A DNA stretch of 64,000 bases from Candidatus Helarchaeota archaeon (GTDB lineage Archaea > Asgardarchaeota > Lokiarchaeia > Helarchaeales > RDOG01), in contig JALGVI010000001.1 of assembly GCA_029838215.1 (NCBI GenBank), positions 1-64,000 on the forward strand. Direction: 5' to 3'. The position numbers and the translations under genes were made by a program. The notes beneath the pieces are model-generated. The model searched no databases. It saw only the letters and a list, made by a program, of their open reading frames with translations, and had not been told where the DNA came from. How positions within the stretch are numbered: the first letter of the stretch is position 1; every line of letters begins with the position of its first letter. Positions 19,631 through 29,183 of this stretch are shown one piece after another.

Positions 19631-20182
19631 ATGGCAGCATTATTGAGTGATAAATCAATTAAAAAATACAAGGAGAATATAAAGGGTAAAGTTTGGGTTT
19701 TTCCGGATAATGTCGACACAGATGTAATATCACCCAGCCAATATGCTGAAGATCTAAAAGGAATGCTGGACCATACTTGTGAAACTTTGATTCCAGATTT
19801 TCCCAGTAAAGTTAAAGACGGGGATGTTATTGTTGCAGGAACTAATTTTGGTTGTGGTTCGAGTAGAGAAACAGCCCCAATAATCTTTCAAGAGAAAGGT
19901 ATTGCTGCAATTATCGCAGAATCGTTTGCTAGAATCTTTTACAGAGCTTCTATAGCTCGAGCCCTTCCGATTTTAGAAGTAGAAGGAGTTTTAAAAGAAT
20001 TCCAGCAAGGAGATGAAATAAAAATTAACATTCCCAATGCAGAAATTACAAACTTAAGAACTGGGAAAACGTTAAAAGGAAAAAAAATCCATCCGATTTT
20101 ACTAAATATCCTTAAAAATGGAGGCTTGGAAAAGCAGCTTCTTGCAGAATTAAAGGAAAAACGACATCATGAAAAGGATTAA
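19631..20182 (+). CDS. LeuD/HacB/DmdB-type hydratase small subunit
   Basis: DNVDTDVI, AG.NFGCGSSRE.A, AESFARIFYR. Confidence 0.93.
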   Translation: MAALLSDKSIKKYKENIKGKVWVFPDNVDTDVISPSQYAEDLKGMLDHTCETLIPDFPSKVKDGDVIVAGTNFGCGSSRETAPIIFQEKGIAAIIAESFARIFYRASIARALPILEVEGVLKEFQQGDEIKINIPNAEITNLRTGKTLKGKKIHPILLNILKNGGLEKQLLAELKEKRHHEKD

Positions 20183-21314
20183 TTTTGCAGACACGCACGT
20201 TGAAGAAGAAGACGTGAAAGAAGTTGCGGACGTAATTCGATCGGGTTGGTTTACTCAAGGGGCAAGAGTTAAAGAATTCGAAAATGAATTTGCCCGATTC
20301 ATACATGCGAAACATGCAGTTGCTCTTTCGTCCTGTACCGCAGCTTTACATTTATCAATGCGTGCACTCGAAATCGGACCCGGTGATGAAGTTCTCGTGC
20401 CATCTCTGACGTTTGCGGCATCAGCAAATTGCGTGCTATATGTTAGAGCACGACCCATTTTTTGTGAAGTTGACCCAGAAACATATTGCATTGATCCAGA
20501 AGATGTGAAAAAACGGATTTCTACAAGAACTAAGGCAATCGTGATCGTACATTATGGAGGGCATTCTGTCAACATGGATCCCATCTTGGATATTGCAATG
20601 GAACACGATTTACGCATTGTTGAGGATGCAGCACATGCGCCAGGCACGCTTTATAAGGGAAGACCGGTTGGCACGTTAGGAGATATCGGTTGCTTTAGTT
20701 TCTTTTCGAACAAGAATTTAACAACAGGGGAAGGCGGTCTCATAGCGACGAATGAGAAGTCCTTGGCGGAAAAATGCGACCTTCTGCGATCCCATGGTAT
20801 CGATAAATCAACGTGGGAGCGATTTAAAAACTTGAGTTGGAAATATAACATCGTTGAACTGGGTTATAATTATAGAATGACAGAATTTGGAGCAGCATTG
20901 GGGCTCGTCCAGCTGAAACGTTTGCCCGAAATGAATGAAAAACGGAAAAAACTTGCATCTACATACTTCAAACAATTAGAACCATTACGTGAATACATTC
21001 AATTACCTTCCATCAGACCATATTCAAACCACATTTTTCACCTGTTTGTCATTCAAATCATTGAAAATTCTCCAGTTTCTAGGGGCACGCTTTCCGAGAT
21101 TTTAAAAAATGAACACGGGATTTCTACAAGCGTTCATTACATCCCCCTTCATCTACATCCGTTTTATCAAAAAACATTAAAGACAAGAAATGGCGATCTC
21201 CCTCAAACTGAAAAAATTAGTAAAAGTATTTTATCTCTTCCAATGCATCCAAATTTAAATGAAGATGACATAATATACGTCTGTGAAGCAATAAAATCCA
21301 TTTTTAAGCATTGA
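20169..21314 (+). CDS. DegT/DnrJ/EryC1/StrS sugar aminotransferase
   Basis: EDAAHA, FSFFSNKNLTTGEGG, GYNYRMTE. Confidence 0.93.
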   Translation: MKRINFADTHVEEEDVKEVADVIRSGWFTQGARVKEFENEFARFIHAKHAVALSSCTAALHLSMRALEIGPGDEVLVPSLTFAASANCVLYVRARPIFCEVDPETYCIDPEDVKKRISTRTKAIVIVHYGGHSVNMDPILDIAMEHDLRIVEDAAHAPGTLYKGRPVGTLGDIGCFSFFSNKNLTTGEGGLIATNEKSLAEKCDLLRSHGIDKSTWERFKNLSWKYNIVELGYNYRMTEFGAALGLVQLKRLPEMNEKRKKLASTYFKQLEPLREYIQLPSIRPYSNHIFHLFVIQIIENSPVSRGTLSEILKNEHGISTSVHYIPLHLHPFYQKTLKTRNGDLPQTEKISKSILSLPMHPNLNEDDIIYVCEAIKSIFKH

Positions 21315-21395
21315 TTTGACATAAAAACTCATTTTTTAAAAGAATTTTCATTTTTAATCAAATTTATATTCAATTGTAACCAATCAAAATTCATT

Positions 21396-22544
21396 ATGAC
21401 AGATAAAGATGAATTTGTATATCTTGATTTTGACACGATCTTTAATTTCATGAAAGATGTTTTCATTGGAATGGGAGTTCCTGAGGAAGATGCTGCCACT
21501 TGTGCAGATGTATTAATCGAATCAGATAAACGCGGGATAGATTCTCATGGTTGCAGCAGGCTGTTCATGTATTACGTGAGACTTCAAAGAAAACAACAAC
21601 TTCCTGTAACAAAACTTACAATTGTTAAAGAAACCCCTGGTACGGTTCGAATAAATGCAAATAATGGCATGGGACAAGTCGCTGCCAAGAAAGCAATGCA
21701 AATGGCTATCGATAAAGCAAAAAAAGTCGGAATTGGAATGGCGATCGTTGAAAACTCGAATCATTATGGCATTGCAGGTTATTATGCCTTGATGGCAACT
21801 AAACAAGATTGTATTGGAATGACTGGAACGAATGCACGTCCTTCTATTGCTCCTACTTGGAGCGTTGAACCCATGCTCGGCACGAATCCCTTTACGTTTG
21901 GCGTGCCCACCGATTGGGACTTTCCATGGATTGCTGATCACGCAACTTCAATCACGCAACGAGGCAAGATCGAGACTTATGCCCGGCTCAATAAAGATGC
22001 CGTGAAAGGTTGGGTAATTGATGAGAACGGAAATGCCGCTACAGATTCCAAGAAGATTTTATTAGACATGCTCGATTTCAAGGCTGCCTTAACTCCACTT
22101 GGAGGGATTGGCGAAGAATTAGGCGGACATAAAGGATATAACTATGCAACCTTTGTTGAAATAATGTCTTCATGTTTTACACAGGCAAACATGTTACAAG
22201 CATGCCTTGGAATCGGTAAAAACGGTGAATTCGTTCCATATAACTTAGGTCATTTCTTCATAGCCATGGATCCTTCGGCTTTCTGTGATATAAACGAATT
22301 CAAGAAGAAAACTGGGGACCTACTCCGTCAATTGGCAGCCGCAAAGAAACAACCAGGTGCAAACCACGTTTATGTCGCAGGTGAAAAGGAATTTCTTGCT
22401 TTTGAAGAACGCAAGAAAAGCGGAGTGCCAATTTCGAAAGTCACGCAAAAACAATTCCTCAAGATTCGGCATGAATTGAAATTAGAAAAATATGATTTTC
22501 CCTTCGATGTTGATTTTACAAAGGAAGATGCAACTGGTTGGTAA
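21396..22544 (+). CDS. Ldh2-family (malate/L-lactate/sulfolactate) oxidoreductase
   Basis: D.RGIDSHG, NSNHYGIAGYY, LGTNP, GGHKGY. Confidence 0.9.
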   Translation: MTDKDEFVYLDFDTIFNFMKDVFIGMGVPEEDAATCADVLIESDKRGIDSHGCSRLFMYYVRLQRKQQLPVTKLTIVKETPGTVRINANNGMGQVAAKKAMQMAIDKAKKVGIGMAIVENSNHYGIAGYYALMATKQDCIGMTGTNARPSIAPTWSVEPMLGTNPFTFGVPTDWDFPWIADHATSITQRGKIETYARLNKDAVKGWVIDENGNAATDSKKILLDMLDFKAALTPLGGIGEELGGHKGYNYATFVEIMSSCFTQANMLQACLGIGKNGEFVPYNLGHFFIAMDPSAFCDINEFKKKTGDLLRQLAAAKKQPGANHVYVAGEKEFLAFEERKKSGVPISKVTQKQFLKIRHELKLEKYDFPFDVDFTKEDATGW

Positions 22545-22556
22545 ACCAGTTCTAAA

Positions 22557-23264
22557 TCATTTTTTATTGAAAATCGTATCAAATTCCTCTTGGGCTCTTT
22601 CGTAATCATCAGGTCGTCCTATATCGAGCCAATATCCATCATATTTGTAACCCTTAACAATTTCACCAGAATTGATTAATTTTAAAATCAAATCGGGTAA
22701 ATCATAGTACTCGCCTTCAGGAATGTATTTTAATATTTTTGGCTCAAATACATAAATTCCCATGCTCACTCGATAATTAATGGACGGTTTTTCGGAATAA
22801 TTTATTAATTTTTGTGCATCATCGAGTTCAATGACACCATAATCAATCTTTACAGTTCGTTCGTGAAGGGCAATTGTTGCTATAGCTTTGCTTTTTTCAT
22901 GAAACTTGATTAATGCATTGAAGTCCAAGTCTGTCAAAACATCTCCATTCATTACGATAAATGTTTCGGTTAATTGATCACCAAGCTTTGATAATGGTCC
23001 CACAGTACCTAATGGCGTGTCTTCTTTTGAATATTTGATTTTAACGCCAAATTTGGAACCATCATTGAAGAATGCTTTAATGAGTTCTGCTAAATGACCT
23101 GTTGCAAAAATAAAGTCTTTAATTCCGAATTTTACAAGTTGCTTGATCAGGATTTCTAAGATGGGTTTATCACCGATAGGGACTAAGGGTTTTGGAAAAA
23201 CAACCGTATATGGTTTTAAACGCGTGCCTCTTCCCCCTGCAAGAATGACTGCCTTCAAATGCAT
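22557..23264 (-). CDS. Sugar-phosphate nucleotidyltransferase
   Basis: LAGGRGTRL.P...PKPL, PLGT.G, MNGD, WLDIGRP. Confidence 0.92.
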   Translation of the reverse strand: MHLKAVILAGGRGTRLKPYTVVFPKPLVPIGDKPILEILIKQLVKFGIKDFIFATGHLAELIKAFFNDGSKFGVKIKYSKEDTPLGTVGPLSKLGDQLTETFIVMNGDVLTDLDFNALIKFHEKSKAIATIALHERTVKIDYGVIELDDAQKLINYSEKPSINYRVSMGIYVFEPKILKYIPEGEYYDLPDLILKLINSGEIVKGYKYDGYWLDIGRPDDYERAQEEFDTIFNKK

Positions 23265-23273
23265 GAACCTCGC

Positions 23274-24275
23274 TTAAGTCACGTACATTTTCGTTTTATA
23301 TTGTTGTAGATTTGCTTTCAGCCAATTTATCGTTTTTCTTAACCCTTCATCAAGTGAAAAATTGGGCTTCCAATTAAGAATTTTCCTTGCTTTTGAATTA
23401 TCAACAAGCAATCGTTCAACTTCAGATTTAGGAGGTCGCTTGCGCTTGTCTTCGGTTATTATCTTTATTTTTTTATTCATTATTTCTGCGATCTTATTTG
23501 CCAAATCTCCTATCGAAATTTCAAAATTTGAACCGATGTTTATTTCTTGTCCAATAGCGTTGGACGTTTCGGCCATTTTCAAGAATCCATCAACAGTATC
23601 AAGCACGTAAGTAAAATCCCGCGTGGGATGTAATGAGCCCAAGTGGACTTCGTTCCCTTTAAATAATTGTGAAATGATCGTAGGTATAACAGCGCGTGCA
23701 GATTGACGAGGTCCATAAGTATTGAAGGGTCGTAGAATTCCTATCGGGAGGTCAAAAGACCTGTAAAAACTCTCAGCAATTTTATCAGCACCGATCTTAC
23801 TTGCGGAATATGGAGATTGACCCTGAAGAGGGTGTTTCTCATCAATTGGAACATATTGAGCCGTGCCAAATACCTCACTCGTTGAAGTATGAATTATCTT
23901 TTCAACAGGATATTCTCTTGCAGCCATCAAGATATTTAACGTTCCGAAAATGTTTGTTTCGATCGTTTCCCGTGGATGAATATAAGAATACGGGATTGCT
24001 ATCAAGGCACCCAGATGGAATATTAAATCCTGTTCTTTTACAAGTGCTCGGATGGCATCGGAATCGCGCATGTCCCCCAGAACGACATTTAATTGCTCTT
24101 GTTTTTCCTCCGGCAATAGTTCTAACAATCCCCAATCATTACGTGAATTGTACCGCACAAAAGCAGTGACATCAGCACCTAACTCGCATAGTCTTTCAGT
24201 TAAATGGCTTCCAATGAATCCGCCTGCTCCTGTCACCAATACTTTTTTCTTTTTCCAGTCCAGAACGATCACCAA
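23274..24275 (-). CDS. NAD-dependent NDP-sugar 4,6-dehydratase (LegB-like SDR)
   Basis: TGAGGFIGSHL, ALIAIPYSY, TSTSEV, QSPYSASK, RPFNTYGPRQS.RA. Confidence 0.9.
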   Translation of the reverse strand: MVIVLDWKKKKVLVTGAGGFIGSHLTERLCELGADVTAFVRYNSRNDWGLLELLPEEKQEQLNVVLGDMRDSDAIRALVKEQDLIFHLGALIAIPYSYIHPRETIETNIFGTLNILMAAREYPVEKIIHTSTSEVFGTAQYVPIDEKHPLQGQSPYSASKIGADKIAESFYRSFDLPIGILRPFNTYGPRQSARAVIPTIISQLFKGNEVHLGSLHPTRDFTYVLDTVDGFLKMAETSNAIGQEINIGSNFEISIGDLANKIAEIMNKKIKIITEDKRKRPPKSEVERLLVDNSKARKILNWKPNFSLDEGLRKTINWLKANLQQYKTKMYVT

Positions 24276-24320
24276 ATTATTCTATCACGATCTCATAAAG
24301 AATTCACTTGCAAGTATTCT

Positions 24321-25580
24321 TCATGTTGTTTTGTTAAAAAAACATTCTATTGCATTCACGAATTTTCTTGCGATTCCCATGCGTTCATATTTCTTGATTT
24401 TTTCGGGAACTTTTCCCCGTTGTAACTCATTTTTCGAATATCTATCAAATAACTCGAGAATTGCTTTCTTCAATCCTTTCACATCTTTAGGGTCAACAAT
24501 TGTTACATTTTCAAACAATCGCAAGAGTTCTGCATTCTCTGAATTCAGTGGAACAACTGCTAAAACATGATTTCCAGTTCTTAGATATTCAAAGCATTTA
24601 ACAGAATATCCAACCTGTTTGGCATTATTCTTGGCATGATATTGGAAGAGCAGGTTTACATGGGCAGAACATATCAGGTCTATCGCCTCTTTTTGCGGTA
24701 GATTGCCCTTGAATTCTATTATTTCGTCTAATCCCGCTTTTTTCATGTAGTCTTGAAATGGTTTCACCATCGAGCCTGCAAAAATGACTTGCATCTTCAC
24801 TTTCATTTCAGGATTTTCGTTAATTATTTCTTGCAATGCCTTAAAAAAAGGAATCGGATTATTCAAGTGGAAGCCATATAAGTTTCCAGCGTGTACCATC
24901 GTGAATTTATCGAATTTCACGAGCCGTTGATTGAGAAACATCTTTTCTTCATAACCATTCGTGACTATGAGCATTTTATTCTTCGAAATTCTTGCAAATT
25001 TTTGCCTTACTAAATTAATGCAACCAGAAGTTACAAAACTCAACAGGTCTGAATATTTTAAAATTAGTCGATCAAACATCATAGCCAAACGTCGGTAAAG
25101 TCCATTTGAATACGTGAGGTATAGATTTTGACTCCATACATCTCTAAAATCGGCAATCAAAAATTTTTTCGTGAACATTTTCAAAAAAAATGCAGTAATG
25201 AGGCAGCTATATGAAGGAACTGATGTGAGAAACACATCAATGTTATATTTTTTAAAAATATATAATCCTTTTATTACAGAGAGGAGCCCCCATGTAATAT
25301 TTCGATCGGGAAAGAGAAATTTATGCGATAACATGTTCAAAATAGAATGTCTATTAAGTGGTAACTCGGGAACGGTGTGAACTCTCACTTCTTTAGGGAT
25401 GTCTTTCATTCGCTTATAATCGTGCGCAAAATAGGGATTATTTCGAATTGTCAAGACATGAACCTTCCAATTATTTTCTAAAAAAGCATTAATGAAGCTC
25501 AAAGCCCGAGGAATTAACACGGATGAAAAGGGAGGAAATCTGTTGACCAAAATAAGAACGGATTTTTCTTTCTTTTTCAT
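24321..25580 (-). CDS. GT4-like glycosyltransferase
   Basis: ADFRD.W, VHAGNLY, KCFEYL.TG. Confidence 0.82.
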   Translation of the reverse strand: MKKKEKSVLILVNRFPPFSSVLIPRALSFINAFLENNWKVHVLTIRNNPYFAHDYKRMKDIPKEVRVHTVPELPLNRHSILNMLSHKFLFPDRNITWGLLSVIKGLYIFKKYNIDVFLTSVPSYSCLITAFFLKMFTKKFLIADFRDVWSQNLYLTYSNGLYRRLAMMFDRLILKYSDLLSFVTSGCINLVRQKFARISKNKMLIVTNGYEEKMFLNQRLVKFDKFTMVHAGNLYGFHLNNPIPFFKALQEIINENPEMKVKMQVIFAGSMVKPFQDYMKKAGLDEIIEFKGNLPQKEAIDLICSAHVNLLFQYHAKNNAKQVGYSVKCFEYLRTGNHVLAVVPLNSENAELLRLFENVTIVDPKDVKGLKKAILELFDRYSKNELQRGKVPEKIKKYERMGIARKFVNAIECFFNKTT

Positions 25581-25701
25581 TAAAAATCAACCGCGCTTTT
25601 TTAATTCTAAGGATTCTTTGTATTCTGAACATGATTCAAATTATTGATATTTCAAATATTCCTTTGAATAATGATTTAAATTAATTCGGATTTCGATTTC
25701 G

Positions 25702-26586
25702 ATGAAAAGAATCTTGATAATTGGTGCAAATGGGCTACTTGGATATAATCTCTATCAAAAATTAAAAGATAAATTTGAGATTTATACATGTTCTCGCACG
25801 AAACGGGTTGAAATGGAAAACTTTTTCCTCCTTGATATAATAGATAGCGAAAATGTTCGGAAAAAAGTCATTGAAATCGATCCAGATGTCATAGTATTGA
25901 CCGCAGCAATGACACGGGTCGATTTGTGCGAGAAAGAAAAGAGTAAAGCATGGGATGTCAACGTGGTTGGCACGCAAAATGTAGCCGAAGCCTGTCGGAG
26001 CATTAATTCGAAATTGATTTACATTTCAACGGATTACGTGTTTGATGGAACCAAGGGTAAATACGTAGAGAATGATACAACTAATCCGATATCTCATTAC
26101 GGCTTGACGAAATTAGAAGGAGAAAAAAGAGTAGGGGACTTATCAATAAATTGCATCGTTCGGACGAGCGTGATTTATGGATGGAATGAAGTTTTTCAAA
26201 GGCAGAATTTCGTGACATGGATGCTGAACCAATTGAAATCGGGGAAGAAATCAACCATCATCACGAAGTGGTACAATACTCCAACGTTAGTCGACAATCT
26301 ATCAGAGGGGATAATTCGAATTATAACAAAAGAAAAGACGGGACTGTTTCATATTGCTGGTGCGAATTGTATCAATCGATATGAATTTGCACTTGAAATT
26401 GCCAGAACGTTTGAAGAGGATATTTCATTGATTACACCTGTAGATAAATTGACATTATTAGCAAGGAGACCCGAAAAGCCTTGTCTGGATGTTTCAAAAG
26501 CTTCAACAGAGCTTGGTCTAAAATTACTTACAACGCAAGAAGGTCTAGATTACATGAAAAAAAACATAAAAAAATGGAAGAACTAA
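25702..26586 (+). CDS. rfbD: dTDP-4-dehydrorhamnose reductase
   Basis: GANGLLG, ISTDYVFDG, P.SHYGLTKL.GE. Confidence 0.92.
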   Translation: MKRILIIGANGLLGYNLYQKLKDKFEIYTCSRTKRVEMENFFLLDIIDSENVRKKVIEIDPDVIVLTAAMTRVDLCEKEKSKAWDVNVVGTQNVAEACRSINSKLIYISTDYVFDGTKGKYVENDTTNPISHYGLTKLEGEKRVGDLSINCIVRTSVIYGWNEVFQRQNFVTWMLNQLKSGKKSTIITKWYNTPTLVDNLSEGIIRIITKEKTGLFHIAGANCINRYEFALEIARTFEEDISLITPVDKLTLLARRPEKPCLDVSKASTELGLKLLTTQEGLDYMKKNIKKWKN

Positions 26587-26627
26587 TGTTTTTTTTACAA
26601 TAAATGAATTTTCGAGGTAAATTCTAC

Positions 26628-27089
26628 ATGAAATTAATTGATGGTGTCAAGATTAAAAAGCTCAGGGTCATTCCTGATGAAAGAGGACATTTGTCCGAGA
26701 TATTGCGTTCTGATGACGAAATTTACGAGAAATTTGGTCAAGTTTATTATACAACGGCATACCCTGGAGTAATAAAAGCATGGCATTACCACAAATTACA
26801 ATCAGACAATTTCACGTGCATTTTTGGCATGGCAAAGATCGTTCTTTTTGACGATCGAGAAGGATCTCCAACTAAGGGAGAGGTTAATGAATTCTTTGTT
26901 GGCGTGCACAACCCACTTTTAATTCACATTCCACCGCTAATTTACCACGGCTTCAAGTGTATTTCTGAGACCGAAGCCCTTCTCATAAACGTCCCGACAA
27001 ACACGTATAATTATGATGACCCTGACGAATACAGGAAACCATTTGACGATCCATCCATTCCATATTCGTGGGAAAGGAGAAATTATTGA
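26628..27089 (+). CDS. rfbC: dTDP-4-dehydrorhamnose 3,5-epimerase
   Basis: DERG, KAWHYH..Q.D, IPP..YHGF; ATG26628 after a GAGGT SD. Confidence 0.9.
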   Translation: MKLIDGVKIKKLRVIPDERGHLSEILRSDDEIYEKFGQVYYTTAYPGVIKAWHYHKLQSDNFTCIFGMAKIVLFDDREGSPTKGEVNEFFVGVHNPLLIHIPPLIYHGFKCISETEALLINVPTNTYNYDDPDEYRKPFDDPSIPYSWERRNY

Positions 27090-27090
27090 A

Positions 27091-28095
27091 TTGGAAACGA
27101 TTTTAGTTACCGGTGGGGCAGGTTTCATCGGTTCGAATTTCATCAGATTCGTATTAAGTAATTTCAAAGAATATCAAGTAATAAATCTAGACTTTTTGAC
27201 GTATGCAGGTAATTTAAGTAATCTAAAAGACGTTGAAACTGATAAAAAATATAAATTTATTTTTGGGGATATTTCCGATAAAAAGATCTTCGAAAGATTG
27301 CCGAAAAACATTGATTATATAATTAATTTTGCTGCGGAATCGCACGTTGATAGGTCCATTCAGGAAGCAGGAATATTCTTGAAAACAAACGTCCTTGGAA
27401 CACTGAATTTACTCGAACATGCAAGGTCAATTTCAATTAAAAAATTCATCCAAGTTTCAACAGATGAGGTTTATGGAAGTCTAGATGAAACGGGTAAGTT
27501 TTCCGAAACCACAAATTTGAGTCCGAACAATCCCTATTCGGCTTCAAAGGCTTCCGCTGATCTCTTCGTGAATTCGTATCATAAGACCCACGAAGTACCC
27601 GCGAACATCACACGATGTTCAAATAATTATGGTCCATATCAATTTCCGGAAAAGCTCATCCCATTGACCATAATGAGGGCACTTAATGACCAAGAGATCC
27701 CCGTATATGGAGACGGAACCAACATTCGAGATTGGATACACGTTGAAGATCACGCTCGGGGCATCATGACCGTGTTACAAAAAGGAAAAATTGGAGAAAT
27801 CTATAACATCGGAGGAGGAAATGAGATTCAGAACATAAACTTGGTAAAAAGCATCCTCTCTCAACTGAACAAACCATTTGATCTAATTTCTTTCGTGGAA
27901 GACAGAAAGGGGCATGATAAGCGTTACGCCATTGATTTCAGGAAAATCCACGAAAAACTCAGCTGGTCTCCAAAGATAGATTTCAAGAAGGGTCTTGAAA
28001 ATACGGTACAATGGTATAAAAATAACATTGACTGGATAAGGAACATTCAAGACGGGTCATACTTAAAAATTCGTGAACAATTTTTTAAAGGATGA
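27091..28095 (+). CDS. rfbB: dTDP-glucose 4,6-dehydratase
   Basis: TGGAGFIGSNF, AAESHVDRSI, STDEVYG, PYSASKA, RKGHDKRY; TTG27091 after GGAG. Confidence 0.95.
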   Translation: METILVTGGAGFIGSNFIRFVLSNFKEYQVINLDFLTYAGNLSNLKDVETDKKYKFIFGDISDKKIFERLPKNIDYIINFAAESHVDRSIQEAGIFLKTNVLGTLNLLEHARSISIKKFIQVSTDEVYGSLDETGKFSETTNLSPNNPYSASKASADLFVNSYHKTHEVPANITRCSNNYGPYQFPEKLIPLTIMRALNDQEIPVYGDGTNIRDWIHVEDHARGIMTVLQKGKIGEIYNIGGGNEIQNINLVKSILSQLNKPFDLISFVEDRKGHDKRYAIDFRKIHEKLSWSPKIDFKKGLENTVQWYKNNIDWIRNIQDGSYLKIREQFFKG

Positions 28096-28109
28096 TCTAT
28101 TTCTCGGAT

Positions 28110-29177
28110 TCATTCCAAAAATAGCTTTGATTGTTTGCCGATGATTAATTTATTCCCTTTTGGATAATGATCAGAGTCCAAAATCTCGCAATCCGTTCCG
28201 ATCAAGCAGTTCGTGAGTTTTTTCCTACACTCGATTTTGGTCCCTTGCATTATGATTGAAGATTCCAGTTCACAGTTTTTTAGCGTGCAATTATCTCCGA
28301 TGGCACAATAACTACCAACGAAAGCATTTTCTATCGTGCAATTCTCGCCAATTATGAGGGGGCCAATTAAATAACTGTTTTTCGAAATTGTCGTGTTTTT
28401 ACCAATTCTGACTCGACCTTTTACAGTAGTATCTTTCGTGACAGTTCCCTGAATGTCCGTTTTTATCAGATCCAATACTAGATGATTAGCATCCAAGATA
28501 TCTTCAGGTTTTCCCGTGTCCTTCCACCAACCCGTTATTATGTCCGCCTTCACTTTATATTTGTTCTTTAACAGCATGTCAATTGCATCAGTGATTTCCA
28601 GCTCATTTCGCCACGAGTATTTCAACTGGTCGATCATCTCAAAAACCATCTTCCTAAAGAAGTAAATACCGACCAGAGCTAAATCAGACTTAGGCTTTTT
28701 TGGTTTTTCTACCAAATTCAAGACATTTCCATCGGTATCCAGTTCTGCCACACCAAATCGTTCGGGATTTTTGACACGTGTCAGTAGTATGTGTGCATCG
28801 TGATTTGATTCTTCGAATTCTCGAACCAGTTCCTTGATGCTATAATTTAAAAGGTTATCACCCAGGATAACAACAAAGGGTTCATCTTTAACAAAATCTC
28901 TTGTCAATTTCACGGCATGAGCTATGCCGCGAGGGGCATCCTGTTCGACATACGTGATGTTTAGACCAAATTTAGAGCCATCACCCACTTTTTCCTTGAC
29001 TTCTTCTCGAGTTTCTCCAACAATAATGGCAACGTCATCTATGCCGGAAATCTTGATATCTTCGAGCAAATAGAAGAGTATGGGCTTGTTCGCCACGGGA
29101 ATCAATTGTTTTGCTTGAGTAAAAGTAAATGGTCTTAATCTGGTACCTGATCCACCAGATAAAACTACAGCTTTCAT
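28110..29177 (-). CDS. rfbA: Glucose-1-phosphate thymidylyltransferase (long form)
   Basis: GG.GTRLRP.T...AKQL.PVANKP, R.ELEITD, WWKDTG, C-terminal beta-helix. Confidence 0.93.
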   Translation of the reverse strand: MKAVVLSGGSGTRLRPFTFTQAKQLIPVANKPILFYLLEDIKISGIDDVAIIVGETREEVKEKVGDGSKFGLNITYVEQDAPRGIAHAVKLTRDFVKDEPFVVILGDNLLNYSIKELVREFEESNHDAHILLTRVKNPERFGVAELDTDGNVLNLVEKPKKPKSDLALVGIYFFRKMVFEMIDQLKYSWRNELEITDAIDMLLKNKYKVKADIITGWWKDTGKPEDILDANHLVLDLIKTDIQGTVTKDTTVKGRVRIGKNTTISKNSYLIGPLIIGENCTIENAFVGSYCAIGDNCTLKNCELESSIIMQGTKIECRKKLTNCLIGTDCEILDSDHYPKGNKLIIGKQSKLFLE

Positions 29178-29183
29178 TTTGCA

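Noticed and set aside
18349-20182. Calling these genes leuC/leuD or hacA/hacB
   Set aside because: Context (lyase, no leuA/leuB) does not support a biosynthetic assignment; symbols withheld
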